DNA of 38,960 bases from an uncultured virus (IMG/VR IMGVR_UViG_2061766007_000212) (lineage: Duplodnaviria; Heunggongvirae; Uroviricota; Caudoviricetes), in the IMG/VR virus record IMGVR_UViG_2061766007_000212. One strand, written 5' to 3'. Both the position numbers and the translations under genes were made by a program. Numbering within the stretch: position 1 is the stretch's first letter; every line of letters starts with the position of its first letter. Under the pieces are notes generated by a model. The model worked only from the letters and a program-made list of their open reading frames with translations, was not told the DNA's origin and made no database searches. Shown here in pieces: positions 18,119 through 29,140 of this stretch.

Positions 18119-18235
18119 CATTTCCTGCTGATCCGCAGCAGGATTTTTCGAATGTATAGGTCACTCCCAAAGGTCGCTGACCATCGCCAACCATTGACCG
18201 TCATGATACACTTGATGTGAAGGGAGTGAGTACAC

Positions 18236-18433
18236 ATGGGTATCAATGGCGGTAGAAACCTTCGTGGCATCGAAGGCGATCCGGCAGAGGAAGGTCTGTA
18301 TCAGCGTGTCAATGTGACTTTTCCTCCCTCCCTCCTCAAACGGCTTGATACTTTCTGCAAGAAAGAGGATCGTCCACGGTCATGGTCGATTCAGAAAGCG
18401 GTTGAGGAGTGGCTGACCGGGAAGGGGTACTGA
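18236..18433 (+). CDS. Ribbon-helix-helix (CopG/Arc-like) protein
   Basis: QRVNVTFPPSLLKRLDTFCKKEDRPRSWSIQKAVEEWL; GGGAG SD; promoter TCGCCA-17-TACACT at 18184-18212. Confidence 0.85.
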   Translation: MGINGGRNLRGIEGDPAEEGLYQRVNVTFPPSLLKRLDTFCKKEDRPRSWSIQKAVEEWLTGKGY

Positions 18434-18454
18434 TTGTACCCCCTCCCCTTTTTT
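18419..18454 (+). terminator. Intrinsic terminator of the RHH gene
   Basis: GGGGTAC-tgatt-GTACCCC, extended stem, T6. Confidence 0.75.
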
Positions 18455-18691
18455 GAGTCCCTCGTATTAGAGCCGGGAATCACTCTCTCCTACAAACCCG
18501 GTTTCTGCGTTTGCCTTTCGCCGTACTCCCGTCAACTTCGGAGATGGTCTGAAGCACTCGGCTGGGTCAATCTATCAAGGGGGATTCACTTGGCAAGTGT
18601 GACCACTTCTTCTTGATTGCAACCGAATAGTCTGCTGTGCCTGTTGGTTTATACACATCGGTGTGTATCGGTGTGTATAGGTCACAATAAG

Positions 18692-18862
18692 TTAGGATTT
18701 TTCAGGCTTTACCCTTTCCCGGATATTATCGAAAAAGTCCTCATATTCCTGCCCTTTTTCAGCTTCGCATTGGTTGCAAACGAAAAAGCGGTATTCATCC
18801 CCGGAAATGGAAAGTTCGTGTTCCGCTCCGCTTCTGTCATTGTTGCAAATCGCACACTTCAT
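18692..18862 (-). CDS. 56-aa CxxC...CxxC zinc-finger-like protein
   Basis: MKCAICNN...FVCNQCEAE; AAAGGAG SD; below the ORF-track cutoff. Confidence 0.65.
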   Translation of the reverse strand: MKCAICNNDRSGAEHELSISGDEYRFFVCNQCEAEKGQEYEDFFDNIRERVKPEKS

Positions 18863-18878
18863 TGTTTATTCCACTCCT

Positions 18879-21200
18879 TTACTGATAATTGACAGTACGG
18901 TCAATGCCCCTGCCGATTCTTACACATTTAATAGTTTTTTCTGTGTAGTTGATCGTTACCACATCGAAACATTGCTCCTGATCTGTTCCGATTACATAAG
19001 GATATTCCGGGTCTTGCCCAACACGGCTTGAATCTGTTCCTGTTACAATAACAGGGATGCCACCCGTTGTTGATTCAACGGAATCGACATGAGTATGACC
19101 ACCAAATGCACAGATAATTTTCCCGGTTGCCCCGGTAAAATCAAATGTTCCAACACTTGCACTTGAATATGTGGTTTTTTCGTTGTATGCGTCCATCATA
19201 TCGCAACAATTCAAGAACCGCCCATAAGTTACGATATGAGCCATAATAACGATATTCCACCCCGTAGGAGTTGCAAGAAGGGTGTCTGCAAATTCTTGAT
19301 AGGCAGTAAATACACGCCCTGTGGTGCTTGAATCCTCTCCGGTATCAAGAACAATATACCGGGTTTTGTTTGACAGGCTGTCATAATAGAATGACAAATC
19401 ATAATCTGTCATCATAGTTATATAGGATTCAGCTTCTTTTTCCATAATTGCATAACACGTATTCAGATCGAAATGACTGTCAGCAACATCTGACAGTATG
19501 TTTGAATCATGATTGCCAAACGCAACAAGCAAATCATTATGGAACGGGAACTCAAGCCCTTTAATTACTGTGTTCATGTCTTCCAACATGTCTGCCACTT
19601 CGCCTTGTGAAATAATATCACCACCACAAAGCACCTTGTTAATGTTTGTGTTATTGATGATGTATTTAATCAATCCAAGGCTATGTTTCGCATTATTCCC
19701 CCAATGAATGTCCGTGATGAATACAAAACTGTCACCGTTTTGCCCGGTTTCGTTCATGTTCGCACGAATCATCGGAAGTTTCGTGTTCATCATTGTGCGG
19801 AAATATGACGGAACACCATCCGAAAGAATCCCATCAATTTTTTCTTGGTTGTCTTTTGATATAAAGGACAACGTTCCCATATCTTCAACAGTTACGGTGT
19901 AATCGCTTGTGCTATAACAACTTGCATACGCCGCATCTGTTGTGCAGTTAAGAACGGCATAGCTATTCCCACCAACGTATATCTGTTGAATATCACTACC
20001 GCTGGCTGTTGCTCTCGTTCTTACAGATACTGTGACCGAACCAGCATTTGAAATCTTGTACGAATGATTTGCCTTGAAAGAATATTCCGCATTTGTTGTT
20101 GTTGCGGTCTTCGGAATAACAATTTTATCTTCGATGATTTCATCAATCGCATCAATGCGGTTGTTTACTTCGACAATATCGGCTTTGGTTGCCGAATTAA
20201 AATACCTCACAAGGCATTTGTTGTAATATGTTGCATCAATATTGTTTGCCGATTCAAGAACAATCCGGTACTTATATGTCTTCGGCATATTGACCAACAC
20301 AATTTCATTATCGGTCAATCCGAGCGTCTTTTCAAACGTTGTGCCGTTCCATATTCCGATATAAGTATTGTCAGATGCGTAAGCAACAAGCTCCAAAGTG
20401 TACCCGGCATCAGCTTGAATCGAATACATATCATCGGTAATGGTGAATGTATTGCCAACTCTGATTCTTTTTGAATTATTTTGTTTACCGNNNNNNNNNN
20501 CGCTTTCCCACTCGATTGACGAATCGGTTGTGCCAACTCTGAAAACAGTATTGTTTACTGCATTATTAAAAGCACTCTTTAAAGCAGAAAGATCATCCCC
20601 GATTACTGCATTAGTCCAATGAGCAGCGGTATAGGTTTCCGCGCTGGTGATCGGCACGATACATCTTTTCAGAACCCCAGCTTCCCAGCAATACGCGCCG
20701 ACAGGGTAGGTCTTGCTGGAAGAATAATCCGCAGCGATGGATGCCAGCAGCGCGGAATAGTCGGCCGGGATCGATCCGATCGCTGCATCAATAGCCGCGA
20801 TCAGGGAAGAAATCGAAGGAATGATCGTGCCGGGATCGACAACTTCATCCGTGCTGGATCGATAGACATTCCCGACCAGCGCAGCGATCGTTGTAATGGT
20901 GGTATTCTGGGTATTCTTGATTACAATGGAAATCGATCCGGGTACCGCGTAGCAGGCCTGCGGAAGAATCACATACGCGCGATTTCCATCCAGCGCACCG
21001 GATACCGCGACAGTCGATCCATCAGCGCGGATCACATCAGCAGAAACCGATCCGCCGATCGTTGCCGGCTGATCGCCATCCATTACAAAGACGCTGATCG
21101 TATTCCCGGCATTATCCCCGGAGAATACATTTCCATCGATATACTGGACTTTTACCGCCTGATTCAGATCACAGTAATAATTGAGAGCGATTGTTGCCAT
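18879..21200 (-). CDS. Baseplate-upper/receptor-binding-like protein A with C-terminal metallophosphoesterase
   Basis: BppU-like N-terminus; TDIHW, GGDI, GNHDSN, GHTH calcineurin-like motifs; small gap inside. Confidence 0.8.
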   Translation of the reverse strand: MATIALNYYCDLNQAVKVQYIDGNVFSGDNAGNTISVFVMDGDQPATIGGSVSADVIRADGSTVAVSGALDGNRAYVILPQACYAVPGSISIVIKNTQNTTITTIAALVGNVYRSSTDEVVDPGTIIPSISSLIAAIDAAIGSIPADYSALLASIAADYSSSKTYPVGAYCWEAGVLKRCIVPITSAETYTAAHWTNAVIGDDLSALKSAFNNAVNNTVFRVGTTDSSIEWESXXXXGKQNNSKRIRVGNTFTITDDMYSIQADAGYTLELVAYASDNTYIGIWNGTTFEKTLGLTDNEIVLVNMPKTYKYRIVLESANNIDATYYNKCLVRYFNSATKADIVEVNNRIDAIDEIIEDKIVIPKTATTTNAEYSFKANHSYKISNAGSVTVSVRTRATASGSDIQQIYVGGNSYAVLNCTTDAAYASCYSTSDYTVTVEDMGTLSFISKDNQEKIDGILSDGVPSYFRTMMNTKLPMIRANMNETGQNGDSFVFITDIHWGNNAKHSLGLIKYIINNTNINKVLCGGDIISQGEVADMLEDMNTVIKGLEFPFHNDLLVAFGNHDSNILSDVADSHFDLNTCYAIMEKEAESYITMMTDYDLSFYYDSLSNKTRYIVLDTGEDSSTTGRVFTAYQEFADTLLATPTGWNIVIMAHIVTYGRFLNCCDMMDAYNEKTTYSSASVGTFDFTGATGKIICAFGGHTHVDSVESTTGGIPVIVTGTDSSRVGQDPEYPYVIGTDQEQCFDVVTINYTEKTIKCVRIGRGIDRTVNYQ

Positions 21201-21260
21201 TATTCCGCACCGTCCTTTTCAACCGNNNNNNNNNNAAATAATTGAGAGCGATTGTTGCCA

Positions 21261-21536
21261 TTATTCCGCACCGTCCTTTTCAACCGGCACCCCGGTTTTT
21301 TCTTCCAGAAGGGAAATGATCTTTTTCTGATCTTCGATCTTCTGCTCCATGCTTTCATGATCGGCCTTGATCCCTTTTTTCAGGTTCGCGAAGATTTTCG
21401 CGATCTGCTGCATCTTATCCGCGAAGGCGAGATACTGGCCGGAGATCAATTCCTTCATTGCTGCATTACAGATTATGATCCCTTGGTCGCAGATGCCTTC
21501 ATTATCGAAAAGGCCTTTTCCATCATTGACGATCAT
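21261..21536 (-). CDS. Coiled-coil tail-module protein A
   Basis: Homolog of 28071-28379. Confidence 0.7.
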   Translation of the reverse strand: MIVNDGKGLFDNEGICDQGIIICNAAMKELISGQYLAFADKMQQIAKIFANLKKGIKADHESMEQKIEDQKKIISLLEEKTGVPVEKDGAE

Positions 21537-21550
21537 CCGATCCTTCCCCC

Positions 21551-23150
21551 TTATGTAGTAGCTTTTCCGAGATAGTGAATGGTCTTTGTGCCATTCGTGC
21601 CGATGATCTTCCCGCTGGTGGTATAATCGACCCCATTCGTCCGATATACGAAGTTATGGGTCTGGGAAAAGGTGAAGGTCGGGATCGTTTCGGATTGCCA
21701 CTCTGCATCGTCCTCGCCAACGATCAGCGAATCAAATGAACCCTCAAGCCCGAAAACAGTTCCCTCGCACTCTACATTCTGATCGACCGTGATGCTTCCT
21801 TGACAATCTATATCTCCGGAGGTAAGGCCTTCTGCTTCGAAATGTGCCATCAAACCATCAATATCGATCACATCGGCGGAAAGTTTTATCTCCGTGCCGC
21901 CTTCATCATTGATCGAAGCAAGGATCGAAGCGGCTTTAATGTATGCCTGACCTTGTTTCAGGCCGACAACCATCCCGATTAACTGCGAGTTCTTCACGAA
22001 CTCGGAATCATAATAGGTCTGGTTTTCTTCCAGATTCGTCNNNNNNNNNNNNNNNNNNNNNNNNNNNNNNNNNNNNNNNNNNNNNNNNNNNNNNNNNNNN
22101 NNNNNNNNNNNNNNNNNNNNNNNNNNNNTAATCCCCGATATCGACCCGCGTTCCAGAAGGATCGATCAGGTCAACATCGCAGCAGATGATCTGTTTATAA
22201 AAGACTTCCCCGGTTTCTTCGATCTCCACGATCGCCTGATCGTGCAGGCGGATCGNNNNNNNNNNNNNNNNNNNNNNNNNNNNNNNNNNNNNNNNNNNNN
22301 NNNNNNNNNNNNNNNNNNNNNNNNNNNNNNNNNNNNNNNNNNNNNNNNNNNNNNNNNNNNNNNNNNNNNNNNNNNNCGGCCTTCCGTTCCGGCCATAGAG
22401 CAGCGTTTTTTCCGGCCATTCAAGGTATGTCTGTCCGGCCGGCTTCGCGGGATGCTCCGAAGAGGCAGTCCATACTTCATCCGCGNNNNNNNNNNNATCC
22501 TGACCCGTCCGGGGCTTATCGACTGATCCGCCGTAGCCATAAAGCGCGGTATATAGTTCGGTTTCATCGTAGGTGACCGCAGGATCGAGGAAGTTCTTTC
22601 GAATGGAAAGCCGCACCCCGCGCCAGATGCCTTCCGCCGGGGAGATATCCAGATATCGGCCGGTAATCATTCCGCCGGATAAAACGATCCGGGGAGTGAT
22701 ATAAACATTCCAGTTCTGCTGAATCGTTCCGATCGCATCCCAGACCGAACCGCGCGATATATCCGCATCCTGCGTTCCTGATGCGGTATTCGTGCCGACC
22801 GACCATAATGTGCCGGTAAGCACGGTTGCGAGGGCCTGCGCTGCGGTCTGCGCGGTCATTTTCTGGGAGTTGATATGTTCATCGGAAAGTTCCGGGATCG
22901 CGATATTTTCCGCCGTGATCTGCTGATAATTATCGGGATTCATATTCGTACAGATATTGATCTCGAATACTTGCAGATCATCTGTCGCAGGATCACGGAA
23001 GGCGATCCGCTGGCCGGTTTCGATCCTTTTCGCCGGATCGAAAGGGAAGGAAGCGGAAAGGTTCATTTCCTGCTGCACCCAGTGGCCGGATTCCATATCG
23101 TCCCGGACGAAAAGCGTTTTCCCGGTCTGATCCAGAAAAATACAAGTCAT
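21551..23150 (-). CDS. Tail tip (Tal/hub) protein A, gapped
   Basis: Homolog of allele B; LYTALYGYGG; lies after the Dit-like gene. Confidence 0.75.
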
Positions 23151-24073
23151 TGCCACCTCTCCCTTATCTTCACGGTCCCAGTTCCGACCACCGTCAGCAG
23201 CCCGGGCCGCGGGATCAGGAATCGCCCGGTCGGTTCGTAATACTGCATCAGATCGGTGATCGTGCCGTTATTATCGGAATACGCGATCTGCTGATTCAGA
23301 TCGATTACCATATTTCCGGCCGGAATGGTTGAGAATGTCATGGTATTACCATCCAGCGCGTAGGATTGATTCGAAGCCGCGCTTCCGACCGATCTTTCGA
23401 TCCGCATCAGCGGTTCGGCATCCCCAAGGATCATGATCTGTGATCCGCAGGCGATGGATTTTTCCGCCTTCGCGTTNNNNNNNNNNCGCCGGCCGGAATG
23501 GTCGAAAATGTCATGGTATTACCATCCAGCGCGTAAGACTGATTCGAAGCCGCGCTTCCGACCGTTCTTTCGATCCGCATCAGCGGTTCGGCATCCCCGA
23601 GGATCATGATCTGTGATCCGCAGGCGATGGATTTTTCCGCCTTCGCGTTCCAGAATGGGTTTTCATAGCAAGTGAAAACCAGCCGAAGTTTCCCTTCCCA
23701 CCATTGCCGAAGGGAAGGCTCCGGCTTCCCGGTGCAGATCGCCATCAGATAGTGAAGCGGATGCCCGGGAAGTTCCAGCCGGTATTCCCGATCANNNNNN
23801 NNNNCGTGAACTCTTTCTTCTTTTCCGCGACCCGCTGGAAGGCTTCATCCACTCGGGCNNNNNNNNNNCAGCCTGTCGGTTGATCTTATTATCATCCAGA
23901 AGCGCGAAGGTGATCGCGATCGTCCGCGTTCCTGCCCTGCTGCGGATGAAAACCGACCCGCCCCGGATCGCCCGAGGGCGGGTGATTTCGTCATATTGAA
24001 TCGGGCCAACCCGGATATCTTCGATCTTCACATTCGCGACACTATTCAGGCTTACCCCGTCAAATACAATCAT
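23147..24073 (-). CDS. Distal tail (Dit-like) protein A, fragmented
   Basis: MIVFDGVSL...LVFTCYENPFW...IRERWQ. Confidence 0.75.
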
Positions 24074-26790
24074 TTCTGCCACCCCGATCGTTGCAGATTT
24101 CTATAACTCCGGCCTTGAATCCCGGAGATCACTTCTCCGACCGTCCGGCCATCCAGATATACATCGCCGCCGGCCTTGACATTTTCGCCAACGGAAACAC
24201 CCAGAGCATCGTAATCGATGGAATTTCGGCCGCTGGCATCGCCGTTCTTGAATCGCTGCCAGATGCGGTTTTCTTCCGCAGTCAGGATTCCTTCGCCTTC
24301 ATGGAGTTCTGCGAGAAAGCCATCGAAAGGCACCCGATCGAGGCCCATTTCGAACGATCCATCCAGCCCCGCGAAGCTGACCCACGGAAGGCCATCGGAA
24401 AACTCAAAGTTGATCCCGAATTCACTTAGCCGATTCAGTTGTGCTTCGATGGAATCGACCGCAGCCTGAACCTCTCCGACCCGATCCTGAATCCCTTGTG
24501 CCAGACCGCCGACAGTATCGGACATGGCCGCTTCTGCTTCATCACCAAGATTCATGGCTTCGATCGAATCAAGGGCCTTGTTTACCAAGCCATCGTAGAT
24601 TTCATCAGCGGAAAGTTTCTGGGATGCCAGCGCATCGGTAAACTCTTTCTTCTTTTCCGCGACCCGCTGGAAGGCTTCATCCACTCGGGCCGCGCCTTCC
24701 GCATCCCCGACCAATCCGGCCAGATATTCCGCGCTTTCCTTTGATCCATCGGAAAGCGAAGCCAGCAGTTCATCGGAAAGACCCATTTCCTGCGCTTTTT
24801 CCAGATTCGCGATATATTCTTCCATGTACGCGATCTGGGATTCAAGGGCTGCTTCCATCGCCTGCGGCTTGTACTGATCCAGACCATCGTTGACTTCCTT
24901 CTGCGCGTTCCTGACCTTGACCAAGGCTTCGTAGGCTTCGCGCTCGGAATCGGTCAACTTATCCTGCGATTCGGCCATCTTCCGCAGGGCTTCGTTATTG
25001 CTTCCCCACTTATCCCAGACTTCCGAATATTTATTCAGAACTTCGGTTTCTTCGCCGGCGAGATCATTCTGCTTCTGGCGAAGGCCATCCCCTGCTTTTT
25101 CGACCTTTTCGAAGCCCTTGATGACGGAATTGACGGTTTGTTCGGTGGCATCCCGAACACCCTGCACATAATCCGCAATCGCTTTCAATGCTTCATCCGT
25201 GGCCTTGACCGCTTCCCGGCCGGCTTTCATTTCTTCATCAGAAAGGGTTTCGACCGCATCGGTGGCCGCTTCGATCTGTTCTTCTTCTTCTCCGTATTTT
25301 TCGATCAGGTAATCCTTCGCCGCTGCGACTTCATCCTCGGCTTTCGCTACTCCTTCCGCCTGCCGCGTATATTCCTTTTCTGCATCGGATGCGTCCATGA
25401 TAAGCTGGATGTATTCGCTTCGGCCTTCCGCGCCGCGTTCATCCTTTACCGCAAGGATACCGCCGCGCTTGTAAAGATCGGCGAGGAATTGATGCTCGGC
25501 TTCAAATTGCTTTTTCAGATTCGCCTTCGCGCCTGCATCGAGTTCATATTTCCAAAGTTCGGCCTTCTTTTCTTCCAAGGCCCGGGCCTTCGCATAGTAT
25601 GCAGCCCACGCGAGTTTCTTTTCTTCCGAAGCCTTCCACGCATCAAGGTTCTTTTGCAGGGCTTCGGTGCCGCCATCGATCGCGCCGGTTTCGGTATTGA
25701 TGACCGCGGTCAGCGCGGGAACGGTCGAAGTAAGCTGGCGGGTGCTTTCCTTCCAGATATTGTATTTGCTGATTACTTCTTCGATATTCAGGCCGAGGGA
25801 TTCCAGATATCCCCGAACATCGCCGCCTTCGGCTTCGATATTCCCGAGATCACCGAAGAGTTCTTCGAAGGTTATGGTCGATCCGTCTTTCAGGGTTACG
25901 GTCTGTTTGCTGATATCATCCAGAACCCCGATTATCGCCTGCGCTTTCTGGTAGGTTGCTTCCAGATCNNNNNNNNNNTTCGAAAGTAATGGTCGATCCA
26001 TCTTTCAGGGTTACGGTCTGTTTGCTGATTTCGTCCAGAACCCCGATTATCGCCTGCGCTTTCTGGTAGGTTGCTTCCAGATCNNNNNNNNNNAATCGCC
26101 CTGTGCATCGCTGGTAGCCTGCATCAGGTATTGATACCGCAGCATGGTCTGTTCGCCTTGATCCATCTGGGAGAATGATTTTTCAAGGCCTTGTGCGAGT
26201 GCGAAGGCTTCCAGATTCGCCACGGACATATTGATGCCGAGTTGTTTCAGCGGCATCGTTTCGCCGGATATCCCGGATCGGATTTTTTCGAAGGCGGTTT
26301 CGAAGTCAAGGTTATAAAAGGATGCCATATCCGCCGCAAGGCCGGCGAGATCGGTGCTCATATTGATGATCTCATTCCCGGCCAGCCCGGAAGATTTCAT
26401 CATCGCGCCAAGGGTGCTGGTGAATTTCTTCGCCTGCGTTTCGGTCAATCCGAATTGCTGGCCGGCCTTCTTCGACCAGTTTTCGATCTGCTGCGCTCCA
26501 TCCCCGAATACCGTATCGACTACGTTCTGAACTTCGCGAAGATCAGAAGCGGCTTCCAGCGCATCAGCACCCCAGCCCAGAAGGGCGGCACCGATCCCGG
26601 CAGCGGTCAGCTTCGCGAGGATTCCTTTCGTCATACTGGCGAACTTATCCTCGATCCCGCTTGTCGCGCTTCCTGCGGCCTTATCCCAGTTTTTTCCTTC
26701 CGCCTGAATCGCCTTCGTGATTTCCTTGATATCTGCTTTCACGTGCCGGCCATCGGCGGTTATTTCGAATACAACCTGACCATCAGCCAT
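24070..26790 (-). CDS. Tape measure protein A, fragmented
   Basis: MADGQVVFEI...ASDLREVQNVVD...GLDRVPFDGFLAELHEGE. Confidence 0.85.
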
Positions 26791-26993
26791 CCTTCGCGTC
26801 ACTTCCTTTTTTCGCCATTCCCATGAGAACCGCCGCGATATTCGCGACATCCTGCTGATATCGCGCTTCGCGTTCCTTTTCGGTCATTTCCAGCGCAACA
26901 TCGGCCTTCGCTTTCGCCAGCCATTCGCGCTCCTTCTGGTTATACTTGGTCGCGGCCGGCATCGGCCGTACCCTGATCCCGACNNNNNNNNNN

Positions 26994-28084
26994 TCCAGCG
27001 TGAGTAAATTATAATATGTATCCTTCGGCGTTCCATGTAAAAGGGTTAATTGTTCATCACAGGCCTTTTTTGCTTCATCAATATACAGTTCGACACCTCT
27101 TATTTTAGCAGTAACAACGATATTGCCAATCCAGGTACTGTTATTGCCGCATATAAGGGTTTTCGCTTCCCATGCGTTCAAGTCCGTATACGTTGTCGGC
27201 GTTTCGTTTGTTGCCGTTTCCTTTTTGTAGAAAACAATATTATTGTTTTCGTCAAGGAATGTATACGAATTGATGTTATTGACCGTAGGTAACGTTATGT
27301 CAACCGTTGCTACGTTCGGCGGAAGTGTGAATTTCAATGATGTTTGTGTGTTAACCGTTGATTCGCCAGTATATCTGTAAGGTACAACCTCGCCCACAAG
27401 CTGAACCGTATTTTCTTTATCGTCACCGATTGTATAGATGGCATCTGACAAAGGTTTCGCAAGGTTATTCGCTTTTGTCATTTCGCCGCCAAGGGTAACG
27501 GATACGGCATCTGTGCTGACCCATGTGCCGGAATGGTCAATGCGGAAACGATACAACCCGCCGTTATAGGTCACATACTGACCGGCTTTATATGCTGTGC
27601 TGTCACTGAAAGCGGGAGCAAGTTTAGTCCAGAGGGAAGAATAATCCGCAGGGATGCTTGCAACGGCCGCTTCAATCTCCGCAATCAGCGTGTCAATAGA
27701 CGGGATAATTGTTCCTGGATCAACAACAGTATCCGTCGTGCTCTGATATACGTTAGCGACAACAGCGCACAGCGTTGTGATCGTGCTCCCGCTGGTTAGC
27801 TTGATAATTATACTTACCTGGCCGGTAACAGCATAGGCAGTTTGCGGCAAGATGATATATGCCCTGTTGTTTGATAATGTGCCTGACGCAGCAACCGTTG
27901 CGCCGTCAGGACGGACAATGCTGCCGGAAACAGAACCGGACAAGGACGCAGGCGAACCATCATCAAACACATTTACGCCGACAAGGTTTCCAGCATTATC
28001 CGCAGAAAAAACATTGCCGTCAAGATAATGAACCTTAACGGCTTCCTTTAGATCCTGATTGAACCAGCTTTCAATTACTGCCAT
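26994..28084 (-). CDS. Baseplate-upper/receptor-binding-like protein B, N-terminal part
   Basis: First ~200 aa homologous to 18879-21200; AYKAGQYVTYNGGLY module. Confidence 0.8.
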
Positions 28085-28379
28085 TATCTGCACCGTCCTT
28101 TTCTACCGGCAACCCGGTCATTTGTTCAACAAGCGAATCATTCATCCGCTTCAGCTCTTCGACCTTCTCTTTCATGGAATCCATGTCGGCCTGTATCCCT
28201 TTTTTCAGGTTCACGATCTTTTGCCCCATACCTGTGACCGTTGCGCAATACTGGATATATTGTCCGGTCATCAGCATTTTTTGCAGGCTGTTCAGGTCGA
28301 GCAACAGGCTGTCACATAGCCCATCATTATCGTACAGCCCTTTGCCGTCGTTCACGTTTAGATCGCCAATCTTTTTCAT
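28071..28379 (-). CDS. Coiled-coil tail-module protein B
   Basis: VNDGKGLYDN...NLKKGIQAD. Confidence 0.7.
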   Translation of the reverse strand: MKKIGDLNVNDGKGLYDNDGLCDSLLLDLNSLQKMLMTGQYIQYCATVTGMGQKIVNLKKGIQADMDSMKEKVEELKRMNDSLVEQMTGLPVEKDGADNGSN

Positions 28380-29130
28380 GTATCTGCACCGCCTAAATAA
28401 TGAATTGTGGATTCCGAATGACTAGTGATCGGATAATGACTTGTTGTTCCAGTTGGTGTTGTGCTTCCGCTTGACGCAGCATATAAGAAATACCGCCTGG
28501 TTCCGAATGTCGGTGTACTGATTTGTTTTGATCGCCATGTCGCTGAAGTATTATCAACCTTCAATGCATTCGTATCAACAGTTCCGCCGCATGCAACGTC
28601 GCCGGCGTTTGTACCAATATATGTGCAGTCTATACTTCCACAATCAATATGGTCAGCGTCGAATCCGTTCGTAACAGTGAGGGAATTCACAGTAAGGTCG
28701 ACAACCTTCAACGCTTTAACAAGGCCGTCAATATCAATAACGTCCGCCTGTATCTTTGCCGTTGTGCCGCCGTCCTCATTGATCGCAAGGGCTATCTCGC
28801 CGCCCTTGATATACAGATCCCCGTCCCTTGTGCCGACAACCATCCCGATCATTTCGTTTGTTTTGATGAAGTCCGTCCACGTCTTTACGTCATCATCCTC
28901 GAGATTGGTCATGCTGCCCGGGCCGCGACCACCACCACCACCACCGCCGGATGCCTTTTTGTCCGTATCCCGGTTAATATAAATAATGTTCGGGATATAA
29001 TCTCCGGCTTCAACACGGGACCCGGTCGGATCGATCAGATCGATGTCACAGGTGATAACCTGCTTTCTGAAGGTTTCGCCTGTTTCCTCGATCTCCACGA
29101 TAACAAGGTCGTGAAGCTGTATCGGCTGGT
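28376..29130 (-). CDS. Tail tip protein B, C-terminal part
   Basis: IQLHDLVIVEIEE, poly-Gly linker, beta-rich repeats. Confidence 0.75.
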
Positions 29131-29140
29131 NNNNNNNNNN

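Noticed and set aside
18455..18645. Group I intron, HEARO/IscB omega-RNA or rolling-circle origin
   Set aside because: Only short look-alike words (ATAGTCT, GATTGACCCAGCC, CTTGATA); no P7 partner, nuclease or Rep gene; left unassigned
26783..28093. ORF-track fusions across gaps (also 31536-32687, 8221-8808, 1287-1583, 17053-17811)
   Set aside because: Chimeras made by translating through N runs
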